Shown: piece after piece, positions 1 to 8,715 of the stretch
Layout: the number at the start of each line of letters is the position of its first letter
How positions within the stretch are numbered: the stretch's first letter is position 1
Origin: Candidatus Hodarchaeota archaeon
GTDB lineage: Archaea > Asgardarchaeota > Heimdallarchaeia > Hodarchaeales > Hodarchaeaceae
Length of the DNA: 18,427 nt
Direction of reading: 5' to 3'
Assembly (NCBI GenBank): GCA_016839815.1
Contig: JAEOTM010000151.1
Coordinates: 1 to 18,427 of the forward strand
The notes under the pieces: generated by a model
The model's database searches: none
What the model saw: the letters and a program-made list of their open reading frames with translations, nothing else
What the model was told of the DNA's origin: nothing
Translations under genes and position numbers: made by a program

Positions 1-360
1 AAATTCCAAGTATGCCAAATCGAACGGAAGTGAGAATGAAATAAGTACCTCGTCTTTTCCGGCAAAAAATCCAATTAAAAGTGAGATAATGAAAAGTTTA
101 ATCGTAGAACCTAAGATATATGTCTCTGCAGCGATTCTTTTCCTTTCAAGGTTACTAAGAATCAGGAAGAGTATAGTAGCTGTAAAAGAGATCACACGAA
201 ATATGGGTTCTGGTTTAAAAAAGATAGAAGTACAAAACCAGAATGCGAGAGAGACTATATAGGCTCTATCCATTGGGCCACGTGGTTGTAGAAAATCATT
301 TACTGCTCTGGTTGAATATCTATTCAGATATTGAGCTGTATCAAAGCTTGGAATACTCAT
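1..360 (-). CDS. Hypothetical membrane protein, partial (runs off the left edge; not in the ORF track)
   Basis: Manual translation: ATG at 360, open for 120 codons to base 1 (MSIPSFDTAQYLNRYSTRAVNDFLQPRGPMDRAYIVSLAFWFCTSIFFKPEPIFRVISFTATILFLILSNLERKRIAAETYILGSTIKLFIISLLIGFFAGKDEV...). About three hydrophobic segments. Confidence 0.75.
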   Translation of the reverse strand, partial: MSIPSFDTAQYLNRYSTRAVNDFLQPRGPMDRAYIVSLAFWFCTSIFFKPEPIFRVISFTATILFLILSNLERKRIAAETYILGSTIKLFIISLLIGFFAGKDEVLISFSLPFDLAYLEF

Positions 361-600
361 ATGATCTTTTCCTTTTAGGGTTGAAATTTGGAATAAAAGT
401 TAGGTTAGAGAAACTCCTGAATCATAATTTTAGATCGGGAGTAACCAGAAGGAGATAATTACTAATAATCTTTTTCAGTATGGTAAAATTCATGAATTAT
501 CATTTTTTACTGTCCATTTCCTTACCAATTTCCAAAGAAAAATCGTCTTTATCCTTCTGAATCCATTTAAAAAAGTGTCATTAATGTTACCGTTTACTGT

Positions 601-625
601 CCTGCAGTATTCCAATCATTTTTAA
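601..625 (+). promoter_or_regulatory. Putative promoter module (upstream motif + TATA box) of the MacB-like permease
   Basis: CCTGC-AGTATTC-CAATCA-TTTTTAA; 16/25 identical, ungapped, to the module at 10896. Confidence 0.45.
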
Positions 626-696
626 ATCGCAGCTTAACAATTTTTACAGAAAGATTAGTCAAAAATTTGATAGATTAGGGCAGCAATTCTTACGTT

Positions 697-3459
697 GTGG
701 ATTCAATGTTAACTTTAGCAATACGAAATATTCAACGATCAAAATGGCGTTCGTTCCTCCTAATATTTGGTATTCTAGTTACGATTGCATTGGAGACAGG
801 TATCGTTGTCACAGTTGATACTATTTTTGAGGATTTTCTTTATGATAACAGAAATCAGAATTATACTGATATCACAGTCAATCCAAAATCTTGGATTGAA
901 TTAGAAGATCTCCGAGAAATTACTAAAACAATTGGTTCATTATCAGGTGTTAGTAAAGCATCTGAAGTTTATTACCTATCTACAGATCTAATAAAAAACC
1001 AATCAGGAGATTGGATAAATCCGTTGATTTATGGAATAAATCACCATACTCACCCTGATTACAACTCCTTGAATTTAATTGATGGATCCCTATCCCTTGG
1101 TGGGACTTCGATACTTATTTCCCAAGCAATTCAAGATGCTATAGGTGTCTCAATAAATGGAGAGCTAGTAATACAGGAGCAAAATGATATTGGGTTTACG
1201 GGTATTACATTGAGAGTTGCGGGTATTTTTTCTACTCCACCCTTCTTTGGTAACAGAGAAGATCCATTAGTAATACTAATGGATATCGAAACTCTATTAG
1301 AGTCTTTTCAGGTATCAGAATCAGCTGATGCTTTGAGGAGTAAAATAGATATTCGGACGTCGAACTTGTTAAAAATTGATAAGGTAGCTGATCGAATCAG
1401 GGATACTATTGGACCAGAATATAGTGTTTATGTTGAGAAATACATCTCTGAATTCCAATCCCTCGGAATTTCTGCGTACACTGCAGCTATGAATCTGATA
1501 ATACTTGCATCTCTTCTTATGGAATTTCTCTTTTTAACAAATATACTAACGATGGCTATTCGGGAAAGACAAAAAGAACATGGAATTCTAAGGACCGTTG
1601 GTATAAGTTCTAAACAATTATTTCTGGTAATCATTAACGAAATACTCATTTATTCTATTATTGGGGTTCTATTTGGAATTATAGTTGGAATCGGATTTGC
1701 TAATCTCTTAGTGGACACTTTGGATCAATATTATTCCAGTTTTGAATTTCGTGATATATTAATCAAATCTTCGTCTATATTTGTGATTGCTTTATCGGGA
1801 CTAATAATCGCTTTACTATCTGGAATATATCCAATTTATATTGCCCTCAAAGTACCTGTAATCAGAAATATCCATTATCGGATGAGAAGTTCAGATGATT
1901 CACTTATTAGAAATTATTGGAAATATACGTTAATATTTGGGGCAATACTGGCCATTTCTGGATTTATTTTTTCCTTATTTACTAGTCCTGCTGGATTTTT
2001 AGAATTCTCTATTTTTTCAAATCATTTTCTTGTAATAATCTATATTTTCATTGGAACTTTGTTGATTGAGGCAGGATTACTCGTATTATTGCCTAGAATC
2101 GGTGAAAAATTTTTGATTATTTTCAATAAAGTACCTCGTCAAATTTCTATGCGTAATATCCGTCGAGAATTTCATAAATCGTTATTTACTGTGATCTCTT
2201 TCTCTGTAGCAATTGCATTTATCATTCTCGTGGGAATTGTATCCAATGTTGTTATTATTAGTGTACCAGAATTCTATGAAGATCAGTGGGGATCCATTGA
2301 TCTTGTTGCAGAAACTAATGATGCTAATTCCCTCCCTTTGAACTTTACTGAAGAACTTGTGTCCAATGAACGTATCAAGCGGGCTTCATATATACAAGAA
2401 TCACGTATAACAATCGATTCAGTTAGTACTAATGTTTATGGGGTTGATCCAATGCAGTATTCTGAATTTCGTGAGATAACTTACGAAAAAATATCCTCAG
2501 AATTAAGTCATCAATTGCTTTCGAAAAATTCCTCATATGGGACTAATGCATTAGTTTCTGATATTCTATATAATTCGCTTGATGTTTCCTTGGGGGAGAA
2601 TATTTTGCTTAAATTTCCTTCGTTACCCTCTGTAAATATCACAATAGCAGCTGTAATAAAAGGAAACTCCTTTTTGGGAAATGGGAGGTATCTTTACTTA
2701 GCCTCAACTCATTTCCAAAGATTTTTTAATACTACAAGGGCAAAAATCTTTATTTGTGATGTTTACGAAGGTTTAGACATCCATGAAGCGCAAAGGAATA
2801 TATCCCGTTCATATCCAATTTTCAATGAAGTTTTCGGGGTGGATTATTATCGAGATGTGATTGAGCGAAGTTTAAAATTTCAAGCGAATTTATTTCAAGT
2901 CTTGGTTATGGAATCGTTTATTCTTGCAGGATTAGCTCAATTTGTAAGTATATTAATATCCACAATAAACACAGAAAGAGAAATGGGAATAATTAGAAGT
3001 ATGGGATTAACACGATGGGGAGTATTTAGCATTTATTTTGCCGAATCAACAACATTAGGAATTTGCTCATTAGTTATTGGATTAGTGGATGGCGTACTTG
3101 GAGCAGTTCTACTACTTTGGTATTTATCCTCAAGTATCCCGATTCAGATGGTACTTCCACTGGATCATATCCTCACATGGATTATCTTTGCTTTCATTCT
3201 TACACTCATAAGTACAATCGTTCCTGCTCTCCGGTCGAGTAAAAATGATATTGCAGCCACGATTTCTGCAAGACCAATCAAACTGATTCCAGATAAAAAA
3301 GGGAAATTACAGAAGGCTACTTCTTTTCTTCGGAAAATTGGCAATCTTTTCTATTATGCGCTTTTAATTGTTGTGGCATATTTTATACTAGTTTTCTCAA
3401 TTTTAATAATTGGATATATTATTGTATTTATTTTGTGGTTTTTTAATGATGTCTTTTAA
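697..3459 (+). CDS. MacB/FtsX-like (type VII) ABC transporter permease with two permease repeats
   Basis: N-terminal LAIRNIQRSKWRSFLL and internal SMRNIRREFHKSLFT; two FtsX signatures (RERQKEHGILRTVGIS, EREMGIIRSMGLT); two large extracellular domains. GTG start at 697 or ATG at 706. Confidence 0.9.
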   Translation: MDSMLTLAIRNIQRSKWRSFLLIFGILVTIALETGIVVTVDTIFEDFLYDNRNQNYTDITVNPKSWIELEDLREITKTIGSLSGVSKASEVYYLSTDLIKNQSGDWINPLIYGINHHTHPDYNSLNLIDGSLSLGGTSILISQAIQDAIGVSINGELVIQEQNDIGFTGITLRVAGIFSTPPFFGNREDPLVILMDIETLLESFQVSESADALRSKIDIRTSNLLKIDKVADRIRDTIGPEYSVYVEKYISEFQSLGISAYTAAMNLIILASLLMEFLFLTNILTMAIRERQKEHGILRTVGISSKQLFLVIINEILIYSIIGVLFGIIVGIGFANLLVDTLDQYYSSFEFRDILIKSSSIFVIALSGLIIALLSGIYPIYIALKVPVIRNIHYRMRSSDDSLIRNYWKYTLIFGAILAISGFIFSLFTSPAGFLEFSIFSNHFLVIIYIFIGTLLIEAGLLVLLPRIGEKFLIIFNKVPRQISMRNIRREFHKSLFTVISFSVAIAFIILVGIVSNVVIISVPEFYEDQWGSIDLVAETNDANSLPLNFTEELVSNERIKRASYIQESRITIDSVSTNVYGVDPMQYSEFREITYEKISSELSHQLLSKNSSYGTNALVSDILYNSLDVSLGENILLKFPSLPSVNITIAAVIKGNSFLGNGRYLYLASTHFQRFFNTTRAKIFICDVYEGLDIHEAQRNISRSYPIFNEVFGVDYYRDVIERSLKFQANLFQVLVMESFILAGLAQFVSILISTINTEREMGIIRSMGLTRWGVFSIYFAESTTLGICSLVIGLVDGVLGAVLLLWYLSSSIPIQMVLPLDHILTWIIFAFILTLISTIVPALRSSKNDIAATISARPIKLIPDKKGKLQKATSFLRKIGNLFYYALLIVVAYFILVFSILIIGYIIVFILWFFNDVF

Positions 3460-3522
3460 GAATAAACCAAAGTATTGAACAATTAAAGTCAAAAGGATTC
3501 TTCAATCCTGAAAGACATACGT

Positions 3523-3945
3523 TTAATAAGATTTTAGAGCAAACTCGTTTATTAAGACACCAAACATTGTACCTAGGATGTAAATTGGAAACATAAGGAA
3601 AAACAAAGGTAAAGTTTCTCCTATTTGTTGGTAGGCAAAAACATCGCTCTGTGATGGAAAAACTCCTAGTAATGCTGGAGTTATACGAGCGAATAAGATC
3701 AGAAAAAGAGAACCCATTAAAGACATAATCATTGCTAGAATGGATTCCTGGATTTCCTCATTGAGTAAACCAATATAGATCGCAGGTACTATAATGATAA
3801 AACCAGCAGAAACCTGGGTTAATGGAAGAATTTTGGTGTATGAAGAATGAATTATTGCACTTGTAACTATAGTTCCCCCTATGGATGAAATTAAGAACTC
3901 CTTCTTCTTAATGACCCTTTCAAGTGCATTTATTCTTTCATTCAT
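3523..3945 (-). CDS. Hypothetical membrane protein (about 4 TM), probably co-transcribed with oppB
   Basis: 140-aa ORF starting 7 nt after the oppB stop; four hydrophobic segments. Confidence 0.8.
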   Translation of the reverse strand: MNERINALERVIKKKEFLISSIGGTIVTSAIIHSSYTKILPLTQVSAGFIIIVPAIYIGLLNEEIQESILAMIMSLMGSLFLILFARITPALLGVFPSQSDVFAYQQIGETLPLFFLMFPIYILGTMFGVLINEFALKSY

Positions 3946-3952
3946 GATATAA

Positions 3953-4960
3953 TCACAGGTACTTGATTCTAGGATCCAATATACCGTAAAGTAAATCCGC
4001 TAGGATATTTGCTATGATTACCGTTATTGAAATCAACCAGAATAAGGCCTGTGATACAGGCCAATCATTTTCAATGAGTGAAGTGAATAGAAGTCGTCCC
4101 ATACCATACCAAGCAAAGACAGTCTCTGTTAATATTGCTCCACTTACTATGTATGCAAAGCTAATCGCAATAACAGTAATGAGGGGTAAGAAAGCATTGC
4201 GTACTGCATGCTTATAGAGTACTGTACGCTCCTGTAGACCCTTTGCTTTCGCAGTGAGAATATAATCTTCATTGAGAACATCCACTAAAGTATTACGCAT
4301 GAGAAGCATATAGCCTCCAAAGAATGCCAGAGTTAGTGTAACTACAGGTAAGGTTAGGTGCCAAATAAGATCCCACAATTGTTCAAGTGAAGTCATATTC
4401 CGCCAAACATCAGGAGAACTCTTTGTATGGCCGAGTGGAAAGATAGGAAAAATGTAAGCGAAGACCATGAGTAGCATCATTCCTAACCAAAACACAGGGA
4501 AACTGTACAACGAAAGACCTACGGTAATTAATCCAGTATCAAGTTTACCTCCATGACGACTAGCTGCCCAAATGCCAGCTACTACTCCCACAATAATCGC
4601 TAAAATTGTTGAAGTTCCCATTAATAAGAGAGTATTTGGAAGACGTTCGGTAATCTCATCAGTGACTGGACCAAATGAAGTGAAACTTCGTCCGAAATTA
4701 AGAGTCAGCATATTCTGCATATACTTGATAAAATGATCAAACCACGGCCAAAATCCAGCACCTCGTTCAGGTATTCCATAGATGACTCGTAATCTCTCTA
4801 TCACTTCAGCATCCATTTGAGGATCTGTATATAGCGTCATTGGATCTCTTCCAAGCATAAAAATTGGTAGCCGGAAAATGAAAAAATTGAACACTAAGAC
4901 CGCAAGAAACAAAAACACCGCAATAGTAACTCGTTTTAGTAAGTAACTTCGTAAGCTCAT
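3953..4960 (-). CDS. oppB: Oligopeptide/dipeptide/nickel ABC transporter permease OppB/DppB
   Basis: YLLKR N-terminus, NFGRSF, ERLPNTLLL, EAA motif EDYILTAKAKGL, HAVRNA, ILTETVFAWYGMG, C-terminal LDPRI; RBS AGGAGA at 4970-4965. Confidence 0.95.
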   Translation of the reverse strand: MSLRSYLLKRVTIAVFLFLAVLVFNFFIFRLPIFMLGRDPMTLYTDPQMDAEVIERLRVIYGIPERGAGFWPWFDHFIKYMQNMLTLNFGRSFTSFGPVTDEITERLPNTLLLMGTSTILAIIVGVVAGIWAASRHGGKLDTGLITVGLSLYSFPVFWLGMMLLMVFAYIFPIFPLGHTKSSPDVWRNMTSLEQLWDLIWHLTLPVVTLTLAFFGGYMLLMRNTLVDVLNEDYILTAKAKGLQERTVLYKHAVRNAFLPLITVIAISFAYIVSGAILTETVFAWYGMGRLLFTSLIENDWPVSQALFWLISITVIIANILADLLYGILDPRIKYL

Positions 4961-5031
4961 AATATCTCCTCTACGCTTTACTCAAGGTTTTACTTAAAGG
5001 TAGTAAACATATGAAACTTCATAAAGGGGAA

Positions 5032-5060
5032 ATCTTTATAAAGATATAGATTGGAGCAAT
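5032..5060 (-). promoter_or_regulatory. oppB promoter module containing a palindromic, possibly bidirectional, TATA box
   Basis: Minus strand 5060-5036 reads ATTGC-TCCAATC-TATATC-TTTATAA; ATCTTTATAAAGAT (5032-5045) is a perfect palindrome between divergent genes. Confidence 0.6.
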
Positions 5061-5082
5061 TTTCATTTGGATAAGACCGAAA

Positions 5083-5310
5083 ATGACTGAAGAACATGAA
5101 GGAAGAGCTATTGTCGCGACCCATGCAACATTGAAGTGGTTCATAGTAATTGGTGTAATCCTCGGAGTCATTGGTATTGTAATTTATACAGTTATAACTC
5201 CTTTCATTGGCTCTATTGTAATCTTATTAGGGTTTATCCTAATTGCTCTCTGTACCATCTCATTACTATTTCTGTGGTTAACCGAAAGAATGCTTCCACA
5301 ACCAAAGTAA
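5083..5310 (+). CDS. Small 2-TM hypothetical protein
   Basis: 75 aa, ATG start, two hydrophobic helices, fills the intergenic gap, TATA box about 45 nt upstream. Confidence 0.7.
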   Translation: MTEEHEGRAIVATHATLKWFIVIGVILGVIGIVIYTVITPFIGSIVILLGFILIALCTISLLFLWLTERMLPQPK

Positions 5311-5426
5311 AATATCATAATAATGATATTTTCTACTAGTTAAGACGATAGATGAATTTCCTGTAATTAGGAACCTTTCGAGGTCACTTCCTATTTTAAT
5401 ACGCATTTTAGTTGAATTTTTAAGGT

Positions 5427-5942
5427 TTAGAATATTGGCAATGAGGGGGGATTTATAGTAACACCTGTAAACTCCTGTGATCGATCATATTGCCCTGATT
5501 CTAGTAAGCTAGATTCTAGATTCACAGTAATTGTAAAGCTCCAATTCCAATTATTAGATGAATTAGCTTCACTGAAAATTTCGACAAACTGTGGTAAGAT
5601 ATCATAAGTTAAGATGATCGTCCTATGAGATTGAGCAGGTATCGTTATAATCAACCAATGAACTTTCCGAAGATATTCTGACCCTTCACCATTTAAAACA
5701 ACAACATTTTCAATGGATTTAAGTCGAACAGATGAAAACCAAGAGGGATTCGAAAAATCTCCAGTGAGTCTAAAATTGTCAAAGTGGCCAGAACTGTTCC
5801 GAGAAATGGATACATCCAACACTTGGAACCTCATACACATAACGGTTTGATAAGAATCTATTTCGTATATTGTGGAGTACGCTAACATCACAGAAGAAAC
5901 AACGACGATGATACTCCATGTGACTAATATAATCCGTCTCAT
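5427..5942 (-). CDS. Membrane-anchored/secreted hypothetical protein, possibly LEA_2-like beta-sandwich
   Basis: N-terminal signal/anchor MRRIILVTWSIIVVVSSVMLA; beta-strand pattern with FSNPS...VRLKSIENVVVLNGE and TIPAQSHRTIILT, resembling LEA_2/WHy domains (pattern recognition only). Confidence 0.7.
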   Translation of the reverse strand: MRRIILVTWSIIVVVSSVMLAYSTIYEIDSYQTVMCMRFQVLDVSISRNSSGHFDNFRLTGDFSNPSWFSSVRLKSIENVVVLNGEGSEYLRKVHWLIITIPAQSHRTIILTYDILPQFVEIFSEANSSNNWNWSFTITVNLESSLLESGQYDRSQEFTGVTINPPSLPIF

Positions 5943-6024
5943 CCTATCAAACCCTATTTACTTCTCAATTGAATTTCGACTAGTGATATCATATATCTAG
6001 ATCACACACTTTCTGGTTGTAGTA

Positions 6025-6049
6025 TTAATAAGCTTTTGAATGGTGCAAT
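6025..6049 (-). promoter_or_regulatory. Promoter module of the 171-aa gene
   Basis: Minus strand ATTGC-ACCATTC-AAAAGC-TTATTAA; 18/25 identical to the module at 10716. Confidence 0.6.
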
Positions 6050-6064
6050 AATCGTCAATTCTTC

Positions 6065-6155
6065 TTTGTCACAATCTATAGATTAATAAGTGGGCTTTAG
6101 ACAACGCTACAGACTGATAATATCGATATTATTGGAAAATCCTACAACTTTAAAA
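6065..6155 (+). promoter_or_regulatory. Two promoter modules and a 16-bp palindrome upstream of oppC
   Basis: TTTGT-CACAATC-TATAGA-TTAATAA (6065-6089) and ATTGG-AAAATCC-TACAAC-TTTAAAA (6131-6155); palindrome ATAATATCGATATTAT (6117-6132). The proximal TATA starts 29 nt before the GTG, consistent with a near-leaderless mRNA. Confidence 0.55.
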
Positions 6156-6177
6156 TAGCATTTATATTTGATACACG

Positions 6178-7686
6178 GTGTTTGTTTTGAAAAAACGGAA
6201 AATTGCTCATCGTAGAAGTCGAAAAGATCAGTTTGTGGTGACATGGAAGAGATTTTATGAGGTTAAGCATGGCGTTGTTGGAATTATCATCGTAACCATC
6301 TTTATTGCAATGGCGTTAAGTGCACCAACATTATTTCCCCGCTATCCAGGAGAATTAGCTCGTGTAGGTCCAAACTATGCTGCACCTTCTTGGACTCGCT
6401 TTACAGACCCTAACGCGCCACCATTAAAGAATTATCTACCAGATACGGAATTTAAAGACGAAACAGCGTGGAATATGAGTGTTACAAATTATTATACTGG
6501 ATTTCCAGATGATCATGGATCATTTTCTTATGATACTACGGATTTCACTGCTGGTAACCAATCATTGAAGCTTACACTTACAGACAACAGTGAATCAGCC
6601 TATTATCCCACTAATGTCAAAGCAGTCACCTCTTTCCATTATGATTACTCAACTCCGACTTGGGTAACTGTAAATTATGATATGAAATCCAATCTAACTG
6701 GTGATCTGAATCCGAATTCAGTTGTTCCTTATATTCGATTGACAATGCCACCTGAAGCTATTGAGGATTTAGGTCCATATGCAGAGACTTTATCACGGAT
6801 TGATACTAGGCCACGATATCCTACTGAATGGACATCCTATTCTCGAAATATTACTTTCCTCGCCTATTATTATATTTTTCAACCTAACTCAACTGTTACC
6901 TTTGAGTTTGGATTAGAATACTCAAGAACGAGTGTAAATGCATCTGAAACTGGGAATGCAGAATTTTGGTTTGATAACGTTGAAATTATCTGTTTCCCCT
7001 CCTTTTGGGGTCCTCTTGGGACTACCGATAAAGGTCAAGACGTTATGGCCCAATTATTTTGGGGATGCCAAGTTTCACTCTATGTAGGTATCATCGCGAC
7101 CGTTATTGGTGTTGTAGTAGGCCTTATTGTGGGATTAGTAGCTGGCTATTTCTCTGGCATTATAGATGAGCTTCTTATGCGAATAGTCGACTTTTTCTTA
7201 ATAATACCCACATTACCTATCATGATGGTTCTCGCAGCTGTCCTGAGTCCGAGTTTAGAAGTGACTACAATGATTATTGCAATTTTTGCTTGGCCTGGAC
7301 CATCTCGAGTAATTCGGTCACAAGTATTGGTGGAAAAAGAAAAGGCGTATGTTGAAGCAGCTAAAGCCGCTGGTGCAGGTGATGTATACGTTATTTTCAA
7401 GCACGTTTTCCCGAACGTACTCACCTTAGTATTTGTTCAACTAGCAACTGGTGTTTCAGGAGCCATTCTTGCAGAATCAGGTTTGAGTTTCTTAGGATTA
7501 ACACCGCAGAATCTAGTATCCTGGGGACATATGCTTCAGGCAAGTTATGCAACGGGTGCTTTGTTAAACGGAGCTTGGTGGTTTGTTATCCCCCCAGGGC
7601 TAATGATCGTGTTGCTATCAATGGGATTTGTATTTATTGGCTATGCTGTTGATATTGCAATGAATCCACGACAACGAAAACTATAA
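6178..7686 (+). CDS. oppC: Oligopeptide/dipeptide ABC transporter permease OppC/DppC with a large inserted extracellular domain
   Basis: PLGTTDKGQDV, SLYVG, LMRIVDFFLIIP, EAA motif YVEAAKAAGA, HVFPN, ESGLSFLGL, SWGHML, WWFVIPPG, NPR; about 190-aa insertion after TM1. Confidence 0.95.
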   Translation: MFVLKKRKIAHRRSRKDQFVVTWKRFYEVKHGVVGIIIVTIFIAMALSAPTLFPRYPGELARVGPNYAAPSWTRFTDPNAPPLKNYLPDTEFKDETAWNMSVTNYYTGFPDDHGSFSYDTTDFTAGNQSLKLTLTDNSESAYYPTNVKAVTSFHYDYSTPTWVTVNYDMKSNLTGDLNPNSVVPYIRLTMPPEAIEDLGPYAETLSRIDTRPRYPTEWTSYSRNITFLAYYYIFQPNSTVTFEFGLEYSRTSVNASETGNAEFWFDNVEIICFPSFWGPLGTTDKGQDVMAQLFWGCQVSLYVGIIATVIGVVVGLIVGLVAGYFSGIIDELLMRIVDFFLIIPTLPIMMVLAAVLSPSLEVTTMIIAIFAWPGPSRVIRSQVLVEKEKAYVEAAKAAGAGDVYVIFKHVFPNVLTLVFVQLATGVSGAILAESGLSFLGLTPQNLVSWGHMLQASYATGALLNGAWWFVIPPGLMIVLLSMGFVFIGYAVDIAMNPRQRKL

Positions 7687-7711
7687 TCAAACATAGAAAA
7701 ATGGTGATAAA

Positions 7712-8713
7712 ATGTCTCTTCAAGTAAAGGATCTTAAAATTTACTATTGCATGAAACGTGGAGATTGTAAAGCAGTCGAGGATATATCTTTCAATATCGA
7801 AAAAGGAGAATCCGTAGGATTGGTTGGGGAATCTGGATGTGGAAAGAGTACTGTAGCTTATAGTATATTACGAATGCTACCTTTTCCTGGACAAATTGTT
7901 GATGGAAAAATATGTCTTGATGAAGAAGATCTAAGCTCTTTAACAGAAGAAGAAATGCGGAAATATAGATGGGCTAAAATAGCTATGGTATTTCAAGGAG
8001 CAATGAATGCACTTAATCCGATAATCCGGGTCAAAGAACAAATAACAGAAGCTATTCGACAGCATGAACCTAATGTCTCAAAAAAAGAAGCTTTAGAGAG
8101 AGCTCGTGAATTATTTAAATTAGTAGGGATGGATCCAAATCGAATAAACAATTATCCTTTCGAATTCAGTGGGGGGATGAAACAACGTGCGATGATTGTT
8201 ATGGCGTTGGCATGTAATCCCAAATTTCTAATTGCGGATGAACCAACCACGGCTCTAGATGTCACAGTTCAAGCTCAAATCATGGAGCTTCTTCGAAAAC
8301 TTGTTGAAGACCTTGGAATCACCCTAATGCTGATAACTCACGACCTTTCTGTAGTAGCTGAAACATGTAAGAGGGTAATCATTATGTACGCTGGTAAAAT
8401 AGTGGAGTCTGGATCGGTGCTTGAAATTTTTGCTCAACCTCTACATCCATACTCCCAAGGTTTAATAGCTTCAATCCCCTCGATTGAAAAATCACGAGAT
8501 CAAGCATTAGCCTCAATTCCAGGACAGCCACCTAATCTTCTTGAACCTCCAACAGGATGTCGTTTCCATCCACGATGTCAATATAGTCAAGAAATTTGTA
8601 GTACTGAAGATCCACCCGTAGAAGAAATAGAACCAGATCATTATGTAGCATGCCACCTCTCATCAGGGCGTATTGTATCAGAAAAGTATAATCGTGTCAT
8701 TCGGAATGAGTAA
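7712..8713 (+). CDS. oppD: Oligopeptide/dipeptide ABC transporter ATP-binding protein OppD/DppD
   Basis: Walker A GESGCGKS, FSGGMKQR, ADEPTTALDVTVQAQI, H-loop ITHD, C-terminal HPY and GCRFHPRC; RBS GGTGA upstream. Confidence 0.97.
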   Translation: MSLQVKDLKIYYCMKRGDCKAVEDISFNIEKGESVGLVGESGCGKSTVAYSILRMLPFPGQIVDGKICLDEEDLSSLTEEEMRKYRWAKIAMVFQGAMNALNPIIRVKEQITEAIRQHEPNVSKKEALERARELFKLVGMDPNRINNYPFEFSGGMKQRAMIVMALACNPKFLIADEPTTALDVTVQAQIMELLRKLVEDLGITLMLITHDLSVVAETCKRVIIMYAGKIVESGSVLEIFAQPLHPYSQGLIASIPSIEKSRDQALASIPGQPPNLLEPPTGCRFHPRCQYSQEICSTEDPPVEEIEPDHYVACHLSSGRIVSEKYNRVIRNE

Positions 8714-8715
8714 AA

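Noticed and set aside
243-458. 71-aa plus-strand ORF
   Set aside because: Overlaps antisense the longer minus-strand membrane-protein frame 360-1
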